The notes under the pieces are model-generated. The model worked only from the letters and a program-made list of their open reading frames with translations. It did no database searches and had not been told where the DNA came from. From an uncultured virus (IMG/VR IMGVR_UViG_3300033406_000383) (lineage: Duplodnaviria > Heunggongvirae > Uroviricota > Caudoviricetes): a DNA stretch of 64,000 nt. Made by a program: the position numbers and the translations under genes. Shown here one piece after another: positions 31,555 through 41,431 of the stretch. Location of the stretch: the IMG/VR virus record IMGVR_UViG_3300033406_000383; one strand, 5' to 3'. Every line of letters starts with the position of its first letter. Positions within the stretch are counted from its first letter, which is position 1.

Positions 31555-32511
31555 TTACTTTAATTCAGCTTGGAATACTAGGTTGAACCTTGCTCTGGCT
31601 TTTTCCTCGATTGACATTGAGGACGCATTGATTTTTGCCAAGCTATCCATTGCATCTGCGCCAAACTTAGGATTCGTAGTTTGGGCACTAGGTGTCGCTG
31701 ATGGTGCAGGGATTGCCGATGCTTCAATCTTGGGTGCTTTAGATAATTCCTCGATTTTAGCTAAGAGTTCAGCATTGGATGCTTCGAGTTTCTCTAGTTT
31801 AGCTTTGGCTTCCTCATCAACCACTGGAGCTACTGGTACTGCGGATGCTAGGATTTTTGCGTCCTGCTCTGCTAACTTTGCAGTCATTGTTGCCATCATT
31901 TTTTCTAGTGATGCGTCTAACATTTCTTGTGTTAATTCCATATGATTATCTACCTCTTTCATCGTTTTATTTCTGGTTGCTACCAGTTGTGTAATAAAGG
32001 TGTCATTGTATGCAGCTACTTCACTCCAACATACGCAGAGTCCAGTGAATTCTAATGATGTAATATGTTCATACCCATCAGCTTCTATGGACGACCCAAG
32101 GGGATATACCTCTACTGAGAAACCTAGTGCCTTAGATGCATTTTGGATCATAAATGCTACATCTGGAAAATTGTCTTTCCATATGATTCCACTGCACATT
32201 AAGTAATCACCATCGACCCAAACCTTATGTACTGCACCGATAACGAAGCGTTCATCATGTCCTGTTAGTGCATATGCAGGATTACTAAACCAATCACTAG
32301 ACCATTCGCAGTTTAATGGCATATTTACCATGCTTTCCATATTAGCTTCAATGGCACTGCGTTCCCATACTGTTTGTACTGTGCCACCGCCAGGGACTCC
32401 ATCGGACGGTACGCCAATTTTGGTTACTGCGCCTTCCCAAAGCATTTGATTACTATGTTTTTGTGATGTTGTGAAGGTTAAATTTTGAATACTGTATTGT
32501 AGCTTATCTAT
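31555..32511 (-). CDS. prohead protease / scaffold fusion; probable ATA start at 32511
   Basis: GH...VIG...SGIIWKDNFPD..ALGFSVE protease-like N-half, Ala/Glu/Lys-rich C-half; AGGAGGTG SD 7 nt before an in-frame ATA. Confidence 0.75.
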   Translation of the reverse strand: MDKLQYSIQNLTFTTSQKHSNQMLWEGAVTKIGVPSDGVPGGGTVQTVWERSAIEANMESMVNMPLNCEWSSDWFSNPAYALTGHDERFVIGAVHKVWVDGDYLMCSGIIWKDNFPDVAFMIQNASKALGFSVEVYPLGSSIEADGYEHITSLEFTGLCVCWSEVAAYNDTFITQLVATRNKTMKEVDNHMELTQEMLDASLEKMMATMTAKLAEQDAKILASAVPVAPVVDEEAKAKLEKLEASNAELLAKIEELSKAPKIEASAIPAPSATPSAQTTNPKFGADAMDSLAKINASSMSIEEKARARFNLVFQAELK

Positions 32512-32513
32512 GT

Positions 32514-33824
32514 TTACCCACCTCCTTTCTTAATGGCCTCACCATTATCTTTAGTATCGCCTTGTCCATTGAATCCCCCCGTTTGAGCTGGAAAATCCAT
32601 ATTGATCATGGCCTTAGCTTGGAACACTGAGACATCAGCGTAAGGGCTTTTCACAGGTTCATACCCAAGTTCTTTCAATGCTTGATTCTGGGTAATAATA
32701 CCATTGAGATAATCATTGTTTATCCTGTCAGACTTGGCTTTCTTTTGAGCCTCAGTTTCAGCATAGTCATACTTAAAGCGCAAAAAAGAATAACCAAGTG
32801 TATCTAACACATGGTTATTAATGGCTTTGGCTATGAGGTTTGCATAGGGCTTTATTGCATTCTGAAGGATATACTCTGACTCTTGATCAGTGGTATTCTT
32901 GTCGTTCGTTGGTTGACCAATGAGAACTTTCTCAGGAAGACTGAAGCCCTTCGCAGTCAATATCAGTAGAAACTTTTGCCACTCGACGAACAATGCATCA
33001 CTGTTTATTGCCCCGATTTGGCATGAGCTTACACCATCTCCTGCGACTACTGGGATTGCACCTGTGCCTTGGATTTCCTCTTGCATGTACTTACGAAACT
33101 CAAGGACTTTATCAGCTCCTACGTCCTTCCCTAGATTCAATAGGAATTTCGATGTATCTGAGGCAGCTACGTCATTCGCAGTATCGTTAGAGTCAATGAA
33201 GAACTGGAAGTACTTAAATATCTTTTCCACAGGACTAAGTCCATAAGGAGTATGAGTAAAATAGTTCATTTGGATATAAGCTATGTCGTCAGAAGTGAAC
33301 CATTTTTTCTCTAAGTAATTCGTGGCTTGTTCATAGCGAAGACCTTGTGGATTAGTGTAATCAAATGGCTCAAGGATTCCCATTGTTGTTCCATCGACTG
33401 GATATAAATACAGAGGTTTCAATGGATTACCTGACTTACATTTATTTATTACTCCAGCATCGAGTACTAAGATATCTTCAAGAATCATATCAATAAGTGC
33501 ATCGAAGTCCTGGATGATATTAGGTTGACTTAGAATATTCTTAAGCACTTGGCGTTCCCTTAGATACTTCTTCTTGTCCGATGGATCTGCGTTAACTATG
33601 GAATAATCAAGGTTTTTTATGCCTTTCTTAATATGTTCTATGGCAATCCTTATCATTCCACTACTTGCCATGTTTCTCAGAATTTTACCTTTGGATAAAT
33701 TACGGTTTCCACTTTGGTATTTCCTTGGCATCATACGCTGATACGGTGATAGCGTAGTTTGATCTGCGGAAGGAACAGGGACATTCTTAGGCCTAGCGAA
33801 CCATCGTTTTATCTTATCAAACAT
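32514..33824 (-). CDS. portal protein (HK97-family-like)
   Basis: DILVLDAG, LYPVDG, PYGLSPVE, IKPYANLIAKAIN, GIITQNQA. Confidence 0.9.
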   Translation of the reverse strand: MFDKIKRWFARPKNVPVPSADQTTLSPYQRMMPRKYQSGNRNLSKGKILRNMASSGMIRIAIEHIKKGIKNLDYSIVNADPSDKKKYLRERQVLKNILSQPNIIQDFDALIDMILEDILVLDAGVINKCKSGNPLKPLYLYPVDGTTMGILEPFDYTNPQGLRYEQATNYLEKKWFTSDDIAYIQMNYFTHTPYGLSPVEKIFKYFQFFIDSNDTANDVAASDTSKFLLNLGKDVGADKVLEFRKYMQEEIQGTGAIPVVAGDGVSSCQIGAINSDALFVEWQKFLLILTAKGFSLPEKVLIGQPTNDKNTTDQESEYILQNAIKPYANLIAKAINNHVLDTLGYSFLRFKYDYAETEAQKKAKSDRINNDYLNGIITQNQALKELGYEPVKSPYADVSVFQAKAMINMDFPAQTGGFNGQGDTKDNGEAIKKGGG

Positions 33825-33857
33825 CGATTCACCTCCTTACTTCTTTAATGTGATTGG

Positions 33858-33950
33858 CTACTTAGATGGGCGAGGTGTTGCGGTGGATGTTCCTGATTGC
33901 GCTGGAGTTGCTGTGGATAGTGAGCCTTGAGATGGTGTTGCGGTTGACAT
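33858..33950 (-). CDS. 30-aa peptide MSTATPSQGSLSTATPAQSGTSTATPRPSK
   Basis: AGGAGGTGA RBS, three STATP repeats; between terminase and portal. Confidence 0.6.
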   Translation of the reverse strand: MSTATPSQGSLSTATPAQSGTSTATPRPSK

Positions 33951-33954
33951 TGAA

Positions 33955-35622
33955 TCACCTCCTTAGTAATCTTTGAAATATGTTAGAATTACTCTGTTGC
34001 TTCTTAGGTGATGGCAGGGATGCAAAAGAAAAAGATTGCAGTGAGGTTCCCATGAATCCAGTAACTGCAATCCATAATGCATCGAGGGTATTATCTGATT
34101 TCCCTTTGGGAAATCTACGCATTTCATCGAGTAACCTACGTTGATCCTTGCGAACTTTGATCCATCCGCTTCTCATTGGTATAATTAATGATCTAATCTT
34201 GGTCTGCTTTGAACCAAACTGTTTTACCTTGATGCCCTCGAATGGTAAGTATAATCCAGCGTTAAGGCATCGGCGTTCCATATTATCCTTGACAGCCAAT
34301 AGCTGGAAAACAACATCTTCTATGGCTATCCTACGAATCTTGCCATCCCTGTGATACTGGATTCCATAGATTATCATTTGTTCACTCAATGTATCTATTG
34401 TTGCTTTCTTGGCAAATACATCGAGTACATAGAAGTAGTTGTCCACGCCTTTCCCAACGACTACAATAGCTCCATCGTCACTCTTACGGTTCGCGGTGGC
34501 AGCAGCGTCTACTCCGATGTAGATATCAGTGAGTTCTGGGAGTTCATCAATTTCATAGGTGTTCCTGTCAATCCAATCTTCTTTGAACTCCCTTGTGGCA
34601 TCGGTTACTGGGTCATTCTGCATCTCTGTTCCCCATGCTTCTTCACCGATCTTTTGGCGTTCTTTCATGAGGTGCAAATATGTGTCTGCGTATCTATCCC
34701 AAAGTACCTCAGTGCCTTCCAGCATTTCTTCTTTGTTATCAAAGTAGAAATCATCGGCATCCTTGATGCGTCTGTGATTACTAAGGTTATTCCTAATGTC
34801 AGTCCATTGATCCCATAGGTGCGATGTTGAATATTCTTTGATCGCTTGGTATTTCTTCGTGTAGTAATCAGAGAATTGTTCATCGTTCATCATACGAGCC
34901 AATAGACAAGCATCGTTTAATAAGGTTCCTATGACAAACACATGGCAGAACTTAGAGCCACACTTGTAGAGAACCTTGGTGTACCAATCGTAGAGTTTTT
35001 TGCGTTGGTCATCGTTATCACTATTTTCATTGTTTAAAATGTCATCACATACGATAACTGTAGGACGAACTCCGAACATCTTAACGCCACGCATGGATGC
35101 CCCTGCACCCTTGGAGGATACACAGATTCCATTGGAACATTGTAGCTTCTCGGAAGTCCATATTGTTGCTCCAATGAGGCTTCCAAAGTCAGCAATGAAT
35201 TTCTCATTATCTTCAAGGAACTGTCGTATGTCGACGATAAACTGGCGACCCAGCGATGATTCATTGGTAACAATGAGGATATTCCGTGTATGCTTGTATG
35301 CAATGCACCACAATGGAAATGCGAAGGAAGTCCAGAAGCTTTTTCCATGACCACGAGGACTTAATATGCATGACTCTGTACTCTCTGTTTTTCTATTGAG
35401 TACAATGTCTTCAAGGCGACTAGATATTTCATAATGGAATTCACATAGTTCATCCAATGGCTCCCCAGAACCATCGTTCAAGTAGGTTTTCACAAATTCC
35501 ACCAATGAATATCTGCAACGTTCAACATCGGACTGTTTTTGTTCTTCTGTGAGTGTCCCTTGGGTATCTGAAACACCCTGGAACAATTCATCGAGTATAC
35601 CCAAGTTATCACCGACTTTCAT
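33955..35622 (-). CDS. terL: terminase large subunit
   Basis: SPRGHGKS Walker A, VIVCDDI Walker B, IGT coupling motif, YIGVDAA...DDGAIVVVG...DNTLDAL nuclease. Confidence 0.93.
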   Translation of the reverse strand: MKVGDNLGILDELFQGVSDTQGTLTEEQKQSDVERCRYSLVEFVKTYLNDGSGEPLDELCEFHYEISSRLEDIVLNRKTESTESCILSPRGHGKSFWTSFAFPLWCIAYKHTRNILIVTNESSLGRQFIVDIRQFLEDNEKFIADFGSLIGATIWTSEKLQCSNGICVSSKGAGASMRGVKMFGVRPTVIVCDDILNNENSDNDDQRKKLYDWYTKVLYKCGSKFCHVFVIGTLLNDACLLARMMNDEQFSDYYTKKYQAIKEYSTSHLWDQWTDIRNNLSNHRRIKDADDFYFDNKEEMLEGTEVLWDRYADTYLHLMKERQKIGEEAWGTEMQNDPVTDATREFKEDWIDRNTYEIDELPELTDIYIGVDAAATANRKSDDGAIVVVGKGVDNYFYVLDVFAKKATIDTLSEQMIIYGIQYHRDGKIRRIAIEDVVFQLLAVKDNMERRCLNAGLYLPFEGIKVKQFGSKQTKIRSLIIPMRSGWIKVRKDQRRLLDEMRRFPKGKSDNTLDALWIAVTGFMGTSLQSFSFASLPSPKKQQSNSNIFQRLLRR

Positions 35623-35751
35623 AGTTTATTTAAGGAGGAGGAAAGAAAGGAGTCATAGTTAGACTTATGACCATGCAAGGGATACCGAGAATCCTCAGTA
35701 CCTCTAACACAGGGCATAAGAAAGCCCTCGGTGTCCTAAGACTTCCGAGGG

Positions 35752-36099
35752 TTATCTAAGAAATATCAATAATGCAGTGTTTATAACTATGTGACATCCT
35801 TGGTCTACATATAAATCCATAGTTAATGTCTTGGACTTATCTTTGATACTGCACTTCCATGAATCTATAAGGTAATGCGTAGTTAATATAGTAAGACCTG
35901 CGAATAACAATGAATGCCAAGGAACTCCAGATAACCATAGTCCCAATGTCAATACAAAGGCATATAGCATACAGTGGCAGAACATTAGATATTTATTGCT
36001 TCCTTTGACTTGCGCTAGAAACTCACCTTGCAGTGGGTAATCAGCGAGCATATGGAGTCCAAGGAGTCCGAAGAATAACAATATAATGTCGTAGGTCAT
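35752..36099 (-). CDS. DUF3307-like membrane protein
   Basis: HMLADYPLQ...HC.LY...THYLID..K...DQ..H. Confidence 0.75.
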   Translation of the reverse strand: MTYDIILLFFGLLGLHMLADYPLQGEFLAQVKGSNKYLMFCHCMLYAFVLTLGLWLSGVPWHSLLFAGLTILTTHYLIDSWKCSIKDKSKTLTMDLYVDQGCHIVINTALLIFLR

Positions 36100-36101
36100 C
36101 C

Positions 36102-37082
36102 TTACACCTCCAAACGATACTTTGATTGATGCTTATGAATCTTCTCTAGTCTCCATCGCTTTAACTGCGGATTGTTTTCAAAGAATTCATCGACATCCAA
36201 TGTTCCCTTGGCTTTATTACAAATTCCACAGCTACATGTGATATTACCGATGATGTCTACGGCTTCTGGGTTGCTCTGTGATAAATATGACTGACTCACG
36301 ATATGCTCTGGAATCAATGCCTTCTCTGATGTTCCGCAGTATGCACATGAATTATCCCAGTGACTCAGTATCTTCTGCCATTCAATGTTATTTCCACCGA
36401 ATCCATGGAGATTCACATAGAATCCTTTGATTGACTTGATAATCATTGCTGATTCTATGCCAAGCACAAATTGCTGTAGTTCATCCATGTCAAGCTTAGC
36501 GATTATCCAGTCCTTTACTGTGACATTTATGGTTGCACTGTATGGCACTGTGACTCCAAAGTAATTTCCAATAGCATCATAGAATCCTCGGTGTCCATCG
36601 TCTCCTGTGGCAATCTTATAGCGTACATTGAGACGGTCAAAAGTGTGCCTATCGCTTACGCCAGTTCGGAGGACTCCACTGTCAATCAATAACTTCTTTA
36701 GTTGCTCCTGTCCTTCTTTGAGTTCAAGGATAGCTTTATATTCTGCGGTTTCGTAGTGTCCTGTCTTGCGGATGGTCGGTAGAACTTCGTGAGTTACCCA
36801 CCGCTTGAATTCCTTAGCTTCAGCCTTACGACTCCTAAGTATCAACGAATACATCCCTGGTTCATTCACGAGCTTAACTTCACGGTTCTGACCTGACACG
36901 AATAGTGTTCGGGTCAGCTTTTCGTCGTCATCAAGGCCTTGTAATGCTTTGTTTGTATCACTGAGTCCTAAAGAAATACATAAATCTCTAGCAATGAACC
37001 ATGGACTACCATTGATTACCTCAGTTCTAAGCTCATTGCTACCGTAGTTAAATACTGTTAATTCATTGTTAATACAGATCAC
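36102..37082 (-). CDS. BRO-N antirepressor-like protein fused to a C-terminal HNH domain
   Basis: PWFIARDLC, VNEPGMYSLILRSRKAEAKEFKRWVTHEVLPTIRKTG; CAYCG...EHIV...CSCGICNKAKG; real start may be ATT at 37073. Confidence 0.85.
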   Translation of the reverse strand: MICINNELTVFNYGSNELRTEVINGSPWFIARDLCISLGLSDTNKALQGLDDDEKLTRTLFVSGQNREVKLVNEPGMYSLILRSRKAEAKEFKRWVTHEVLPTIRKTGHYETAEYKAILELKEGQEQLKKLLIDSGVLRTGVSDRHTFDRLNVRYKIATGDDGHRGFYDAIGNYFGVTVPYSATINVTVKDWIIAKLDMDELQQFVLGIESAMIIKSIKGFYVNLHGFGGNNIEWQKILSHWDNSCAYCGTSEKALIPEHIVSQSYLSQSNPEAVDIIGNITCSCGICNKAKGTLDVDEFFENNPQLKRWRLEKIHKHQSKYRLEV

Positions 37083-37195
37083 TCCTTAGATATTGATGGT
37101 GGAGTGCCAGGAACTTACCCTGGCTATCATCGCTCCATCTCATAAGGTGGCAGGGAATTATCCTGCAAAGTCCTTCTGCGATTCATACGCATAGC

Positions 37196-37241
37196 AAAGA
37201 CCTCCAAAGAAATCAGCATCAGCTTGACTTTGGAGGTCTTT
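37196..37241 (-). terminator. long-stem hairpin terminator
   Basis: AAAGACCTCCAAAG / CTTTGGAGGTCTTT 14-bp inverted repeat. Confidence 0.7.
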
Positions 37242-37519
37242 AGTTCACCTATGAAATTCAATGTATCCAAGATATCTTGTGAGCAGCGTCATTGGATTCG
37301 CTGCAGTATTTCAGTGCTATTCATTGAGGCTCATAGCAAGCCTTGGCTGAACACAGACTGATTTAGTTACCCTCAGTCACGGGTGCTTCGTAGTAATTAT
37401 CGTCCCTACGCGGAATACGCTGTGTTCTTAGCATACATGGTTTTCCATCGAACATTTTTTAACCCTCAGTTATGGTCGAGGTTTACCATGGCAACTCCTA
37501 AGTCCTTTGAACACCGATG

Positions 37520-37747
37520 TTATTCACCGCAGCAACAACAGATATCCAGGTCTTCCTCTAGTGGCTCTAGGAAATCAAGCTCATCCTCAAGGCTCTCGAT
37601 GTATTCAGCTTGATACTCATTGAGATCCAGCAGAGCGCCTATGAGCAAATCCTTGAGTTCATTGTTCTCTTCACGTAGTGAATCATTGGACATCTCGGTA
37701 TCATCCAGCATTTCTTCGAGTTCACAGATTACACATTGTTCGTTCAT
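37520..37747 (-). CDS. very acidic small coiled-coil protein
   Basis: AAGGAG RBS; Glu/Asp-rich with terminal Cys clusters. Confidence 0.6.
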   Translation of the reverse strand: MNEQCVICELEEMLDDTEMSNDSLREENNELKDLLIGALLDLNEYQAEYIESLEDELDFLEPLEEDLDICCCCGE

Positions 37748-37804
37748 AGTATTCTCCTTTATTTACGAGGTAACTTAGGACTCCCTAAGCTCCTAAAGAC
37801 ATAC

Positions 37805-38521
37805 TTATATTTCTTGGGACATCCTTATGATCACTTGCTTAATAAAGTCATCTCTTACAATATCCTCAGTATTATCCATACGAACACTGCCGACTACATT
37901 GAGTCCTTTGAGTTTTTCAAAGAGAAAACTAAGTCCATCTTCGCCAAACTTAATGCTGCGATTAGTACATTGTCCTCTCGCAAGAACATCACCCTCAAGG
38001 ACAATCTTTGTGCCACCGCGAGTAACCAGGATATACATCTCTTCTTTGGTAAGGGTCTGAGCCTCGGTAACAATTATATACTTATCAGTGAAATCCATGC
38101 CTTGTACATCGTATAAACCACAGATAATCACTTGCTCTGTCTGTATGAGAGTCTCAATGTCCGTATTGGTGAAGCTTTGGATGTATCTTAGTATTTGCTT
38201 TAGCTTTGGCTCATTTTTCTCATAAGAACTCCCTGGGTACGCGCCAGGATTTTTACCTACACCCTCTAGGCTTCTAATGAGAACTATGCCATTTACTTTG
38301 CCATCTAATAATGCTTGGGATGCATAGTAACTCGATGTACATGATTTACCTGTGCCAGCCCATCCTGTGCATACTACGACTTTCTTTGAATCATCTTTGA
38401 GAAGATTGTGGTATTTCTTATGATTTGCAGTGATAGGTTTGGGTACATCATAAATTACATAGTCTGGTTTAGGTTCTTTCGGTTGCATGAAACTTGGTGT
38501 TTTCTCAGGTTTTTTCGCCAT
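37805..38521 (-). CDS. phoH: PhoH-family ATPase
   Basis: GWAGTGKS, PGAYPG..EK, GMDF...IIVTEAQ, TRGGTKIVLEGD, DIVR. Confidence 0.9.
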   Translation of the reverse strand: MAKKPEKTPSFMQPKEPKPDYVIYDVPKPITANHKKYHNLLKDDSKKVVVCTGWAGTGKSCTSSYYASQALLDGKVNGIVLIRSLEGVGKNPGAYPGSSYEKNEPKLKQILRYIQSFTNTDIETLIQTEQVIICGLYDVQGMDFTDKYIIVTEAQTLTKEEMYILVTRGGTKIVLEGDVLARGQCTNRSIKFGEDGLSFLFEKLKGLNVVGSVRMDNTEDIVRDDFIKQVIIRMSQEI

Positions 38522-38647
38522 AGTTTCTTTGACCTCCCTATATTTGTTCGTCTCTTAGGATGGTTCTGGTGGTTTCCTACGTGCCATCAAGATTCCTCCT
38601 AAGTTTACTTAAAGTATTCTACATAACTACTAAGGAAGGTTGGTAAC

Positions 38648-39283
38648 CTACTTAGTTTCCTCCTTGATCTTCCGCAGCACCTCAGCTAACAATGGATCTT
38701 TGGCGATATCTCTGACAACCTGCATATACCATAGCTCATCCTTCGCTTTCATCTCGGTTTCAAAGCGTTCTAAGACTGTACTGAAGTTCTGGTAGGTATA
38801 TACCTTGGCTTGTATTTCTCCGATGATCCCTGTTAACGCAGATTTTCTCATAGTAAGCTGATTAAATGTCGCGGTCATATCATTGACTACCTTAGACACC
38901 TTGATAACCTCGTCTACATTGGATACAGAGGCATTAAGGTTATCTAAGTACATCTCAATCATCTCAATTTGCCTCGTGATAGACTTTAGGGAGCTTAGGT
39001 ATGAGCCATAGATGTTCACACGATCTTCTGTGGGATCATCGTCATCCTTGTGCTTATTCCACCATCTCCATATGTCCATAGCATTGATTTTTTCCTCGGA
39101 GTCCTTAAGTATCCCATTGTTAATATCCTCAGCAATCGACATATCTCCATAGCGACTACTGCGTTTCTTCATTGCTCGTATAGTGCTTTCGAGTCCCATA
39201 GTTGCTATCTTGGATACCCCGGCTCCAAGGATTTTACAGTTTTCCTTAGTGTTACGTGGTGGATTTGCCATGTTTATCATCAT
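38648..39283 (-). CDS. putative terminase small subunit
   Basis: SKI..L.L N-terminus, HTH-like segment then coiled coil; upstream of terL; assignment by position and architecture only. Confidence 0.45.
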   Translation of the reverse strand: MMINMANPPRNTKENCKILGAGVSKIATMGLESTIRAMKKRSSRYGDMSIAEDINNGILKDSEEKINAMDIWRWWNKHKDDDDPTEDRVNIYGSYLSSLKSITRQIEMIEMYLDNLNASVSNVDEVIKVSKVVNDMTATFNQLTMRKSALTGIIGEIQAKVYTYQNFSTVLERFETEMKAKDELWYMQVVRDIAKDPLLAEVLRKIKEETK

Positions 39284-39367
39284 TCCTTTCGATTTTAAGT
39301 ACCCTATGAGCCCGTTGTAGCGTAGTTAGCGCAGGATGCATAGGTATGTCTATGTGGTTTCCTTTGG

Positions 39368-39835
39368 TTACTCAGATGGGCATAGAAGTGCCTCCCAGTG
39401 TTCCACAGTCTTTACCACGGTTTCCACACGCTTCCTAAGTACCTCTCCGCACCACTGGCATACCTTGGTATCATCGTCAAGCATAGTATACCTATGCTCA
39501 TCACCTTGTATCCATGGATGACTGTGACTTAGGAATACGCAACGACCTTTGGCGACATAGGACTCCCAGAAAGTGTCAGTGATGTCGGCATAGGTGTCCA
39601 ATGGAAACGCAGAGTAGCAATAGGTATCACCTCTGACATTCCACATAATACTTTGTAAACTACGACCTATGGTTCCCTGGAGTACATAGATGTACATTGG
39701 GTTCAGTTGTTTATCCTTAGAATTGTCCCATAGGATTCTGTGGGTTCCTCGGTTCTTCTTTAGATATGCGTAGAGATTCCATGAGTATTTGTCGGATTTA
39801 CCTTGGGTCTTGGGTTTGATATCATTGATGTTCAT
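39368..39835 (-). CDS. hypothetical protein with C-terminal CxxC
   Basis: AGGAGG RBS; SDKYSWNLY...GRC...CQWCG. Confidence 0.7.
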   Translation of the reverse strand: MNINDIKPKTQGKSDKYSWNLYAYLKKNRGTHRILWDNSKDKQLNPMYIYVLQGTIGRSLQSIMWNVRGDTYCYSAFPLDTYADITDTFWESYVAKGRCVFLSHSHPWIQGDEHRYTMLDDDTKVCQWCGEVLRKRVETVVKTVEHWEALLCPSE

Positions 39836-40213
39836 AGCTCCTCCTTAGTGATTTGTCGTATATCACTGAAATAAATGTCGTCCCTAGTTTTACTATTGTA
39901 TTTACTAGAGATATCCATTGATAGACATACATCTTCAATGCGTGTAACTTTGCCAGCATAGGTAAAATCTCTGTCAAAACTACCGTCTCTTTCCTTCCCC
40001 CGATATCACTATAATATCATTGCGTTCTACTATGATTTTCTCACCTGATTTATTGGTGAACGCAATGACTTTGTATGCATTATCTACTTTCATTCTTTAG
40101 CATCCTTCAGTTCACTACAGAATCCATCGCGATCAATGTATAATCCTTCGATTCCAGGGCATTCACAGATACATTCAGAGTTATGAACACATAATTCAAA
40201 GTAGCAGCGTAGT

Positions 40214-40847
40214 TTAATTTCCATGGTTGTCATTGGCCTCCTTATCTATTCCTTTGTAAGACTCTGGTAATTCAACGTTCAGCAATAAAGTAACAGTGTC
40301 CTCTACAGCTTTTCTCCATAAACCTTTGTCATGCCTAAGTTGTTCGATGATTTTATTAAGCTCTTCAATGGTATTTGCTTGAGTAAACACTGTAGACTCT
40401 AGCTCCTCAATGATACCTTCGAGGAACTTTGTGTTATCATGTTTCATATGTTCTCCTCCAGTCTCTCAATGATTTTCTTCGTCTTCCTAATATCACACTG
40501 TAGTTCCTCGATTCTCTGGAGCCTCTGCTGCATCCTGAGTTCATACATTGACTCTCCACAGAAGAACGGTGATATAAAGCACTTGGTGGATTCTAGGTGC
40601 TCTAGGACATCGTAGTGGGAACTTAGGCGACCTTTGTACCACCAGAGCTTGAGCTTTGTTAACATATTGATTCCTCCATGAGTCCAGTAAGGTCAAAGTC
40701 TACGACAATCGTAGACAATTCCAAGATACTTATGTGTCCATTGTGATCATAGAATATCGCATCGGTTATATAGGTAGCATTGTTAATTCTTACGATGTCT
40801 TTGGGTTCCAAAGTCATAAACTTAGGTTCCTTGAGTTTCATTAGCAT
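40214..40847 (-). CDS. three small hypothetical ORFs (40659-40847, 40444-40665, 40214-40447)
   Basis: Overlapping start/stop coupling and GGAGG RBSs. Confidence 0.6.
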
Positions 40848-41376
40848 TTCTTTGTTCCTCCTTATGTTCTAAAGTTACATCGGATACCAATGATATCATA
40901 GTAATTACATTGGTTTGGTTTCAATGATTTGCCTATATTGGTCATTGGGAGAACGATGAGTGACTATGGAGCCGAGGATCGTACATAATATCAACAATCA
41001 TATGTATCGTTATTGGGAAGCGATAGCGACCGACAAACGTAGTGCGTCAGCGTTCTTACCTAGGTATCATAGTTGTACATAAATATCTATGATTATATTG
41101 GATACTATGTTTATTACTCATAGGATTTCAATAAATACATAGCAACTTATATATATATATATATATTCTATGGAAGGAAACGGAGAACGAGGTCTAAATC
41201 TCATTACCCTCTGCGGAGGGTGTTATCTACATATCATTGGATAATACCTTAGATCCATTGGCATACCTTGGACTCCTAGTTCATCTATAGCATTCACTAT
41301 GTTCATGTATAGCTGTGTATAGAAAGAAGATAAACAGTACAAACCTAGCATTTCCGCTGGTTCATGGGCATTTATA

Positions 41377-41421
41377 GGTAGTCTAAATGCCAACCTTATG
41401 GTAGGGTAAATGCCAACCTTA
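41377..41421. repeat. two 22-bp direct repeats GGTAG(TC/GG)TAAATGCCAACCTTA, iteron-like
   Basis: 41377-41398 and 41400-41421, immediately downstream of the RepL-like gene. Confidence 0.8.
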
Positions 41422-41431
41422 AAACTTCCAG

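Noticed and set aside
1324..35350. Numerous plus-strand ORFs antisense to dnaE and structural genes in the ORF track
   Set aside because: Shadow frames without RBSs or recognisable motifs; only 21697-22068 has independent expression signals
41148..41166. (TA)n microsatellite as a phase-variation switch
   Set aside because: Not within an ORF or a recognisable promoter spacer; better explained as an AT-rich part of the origin-like region
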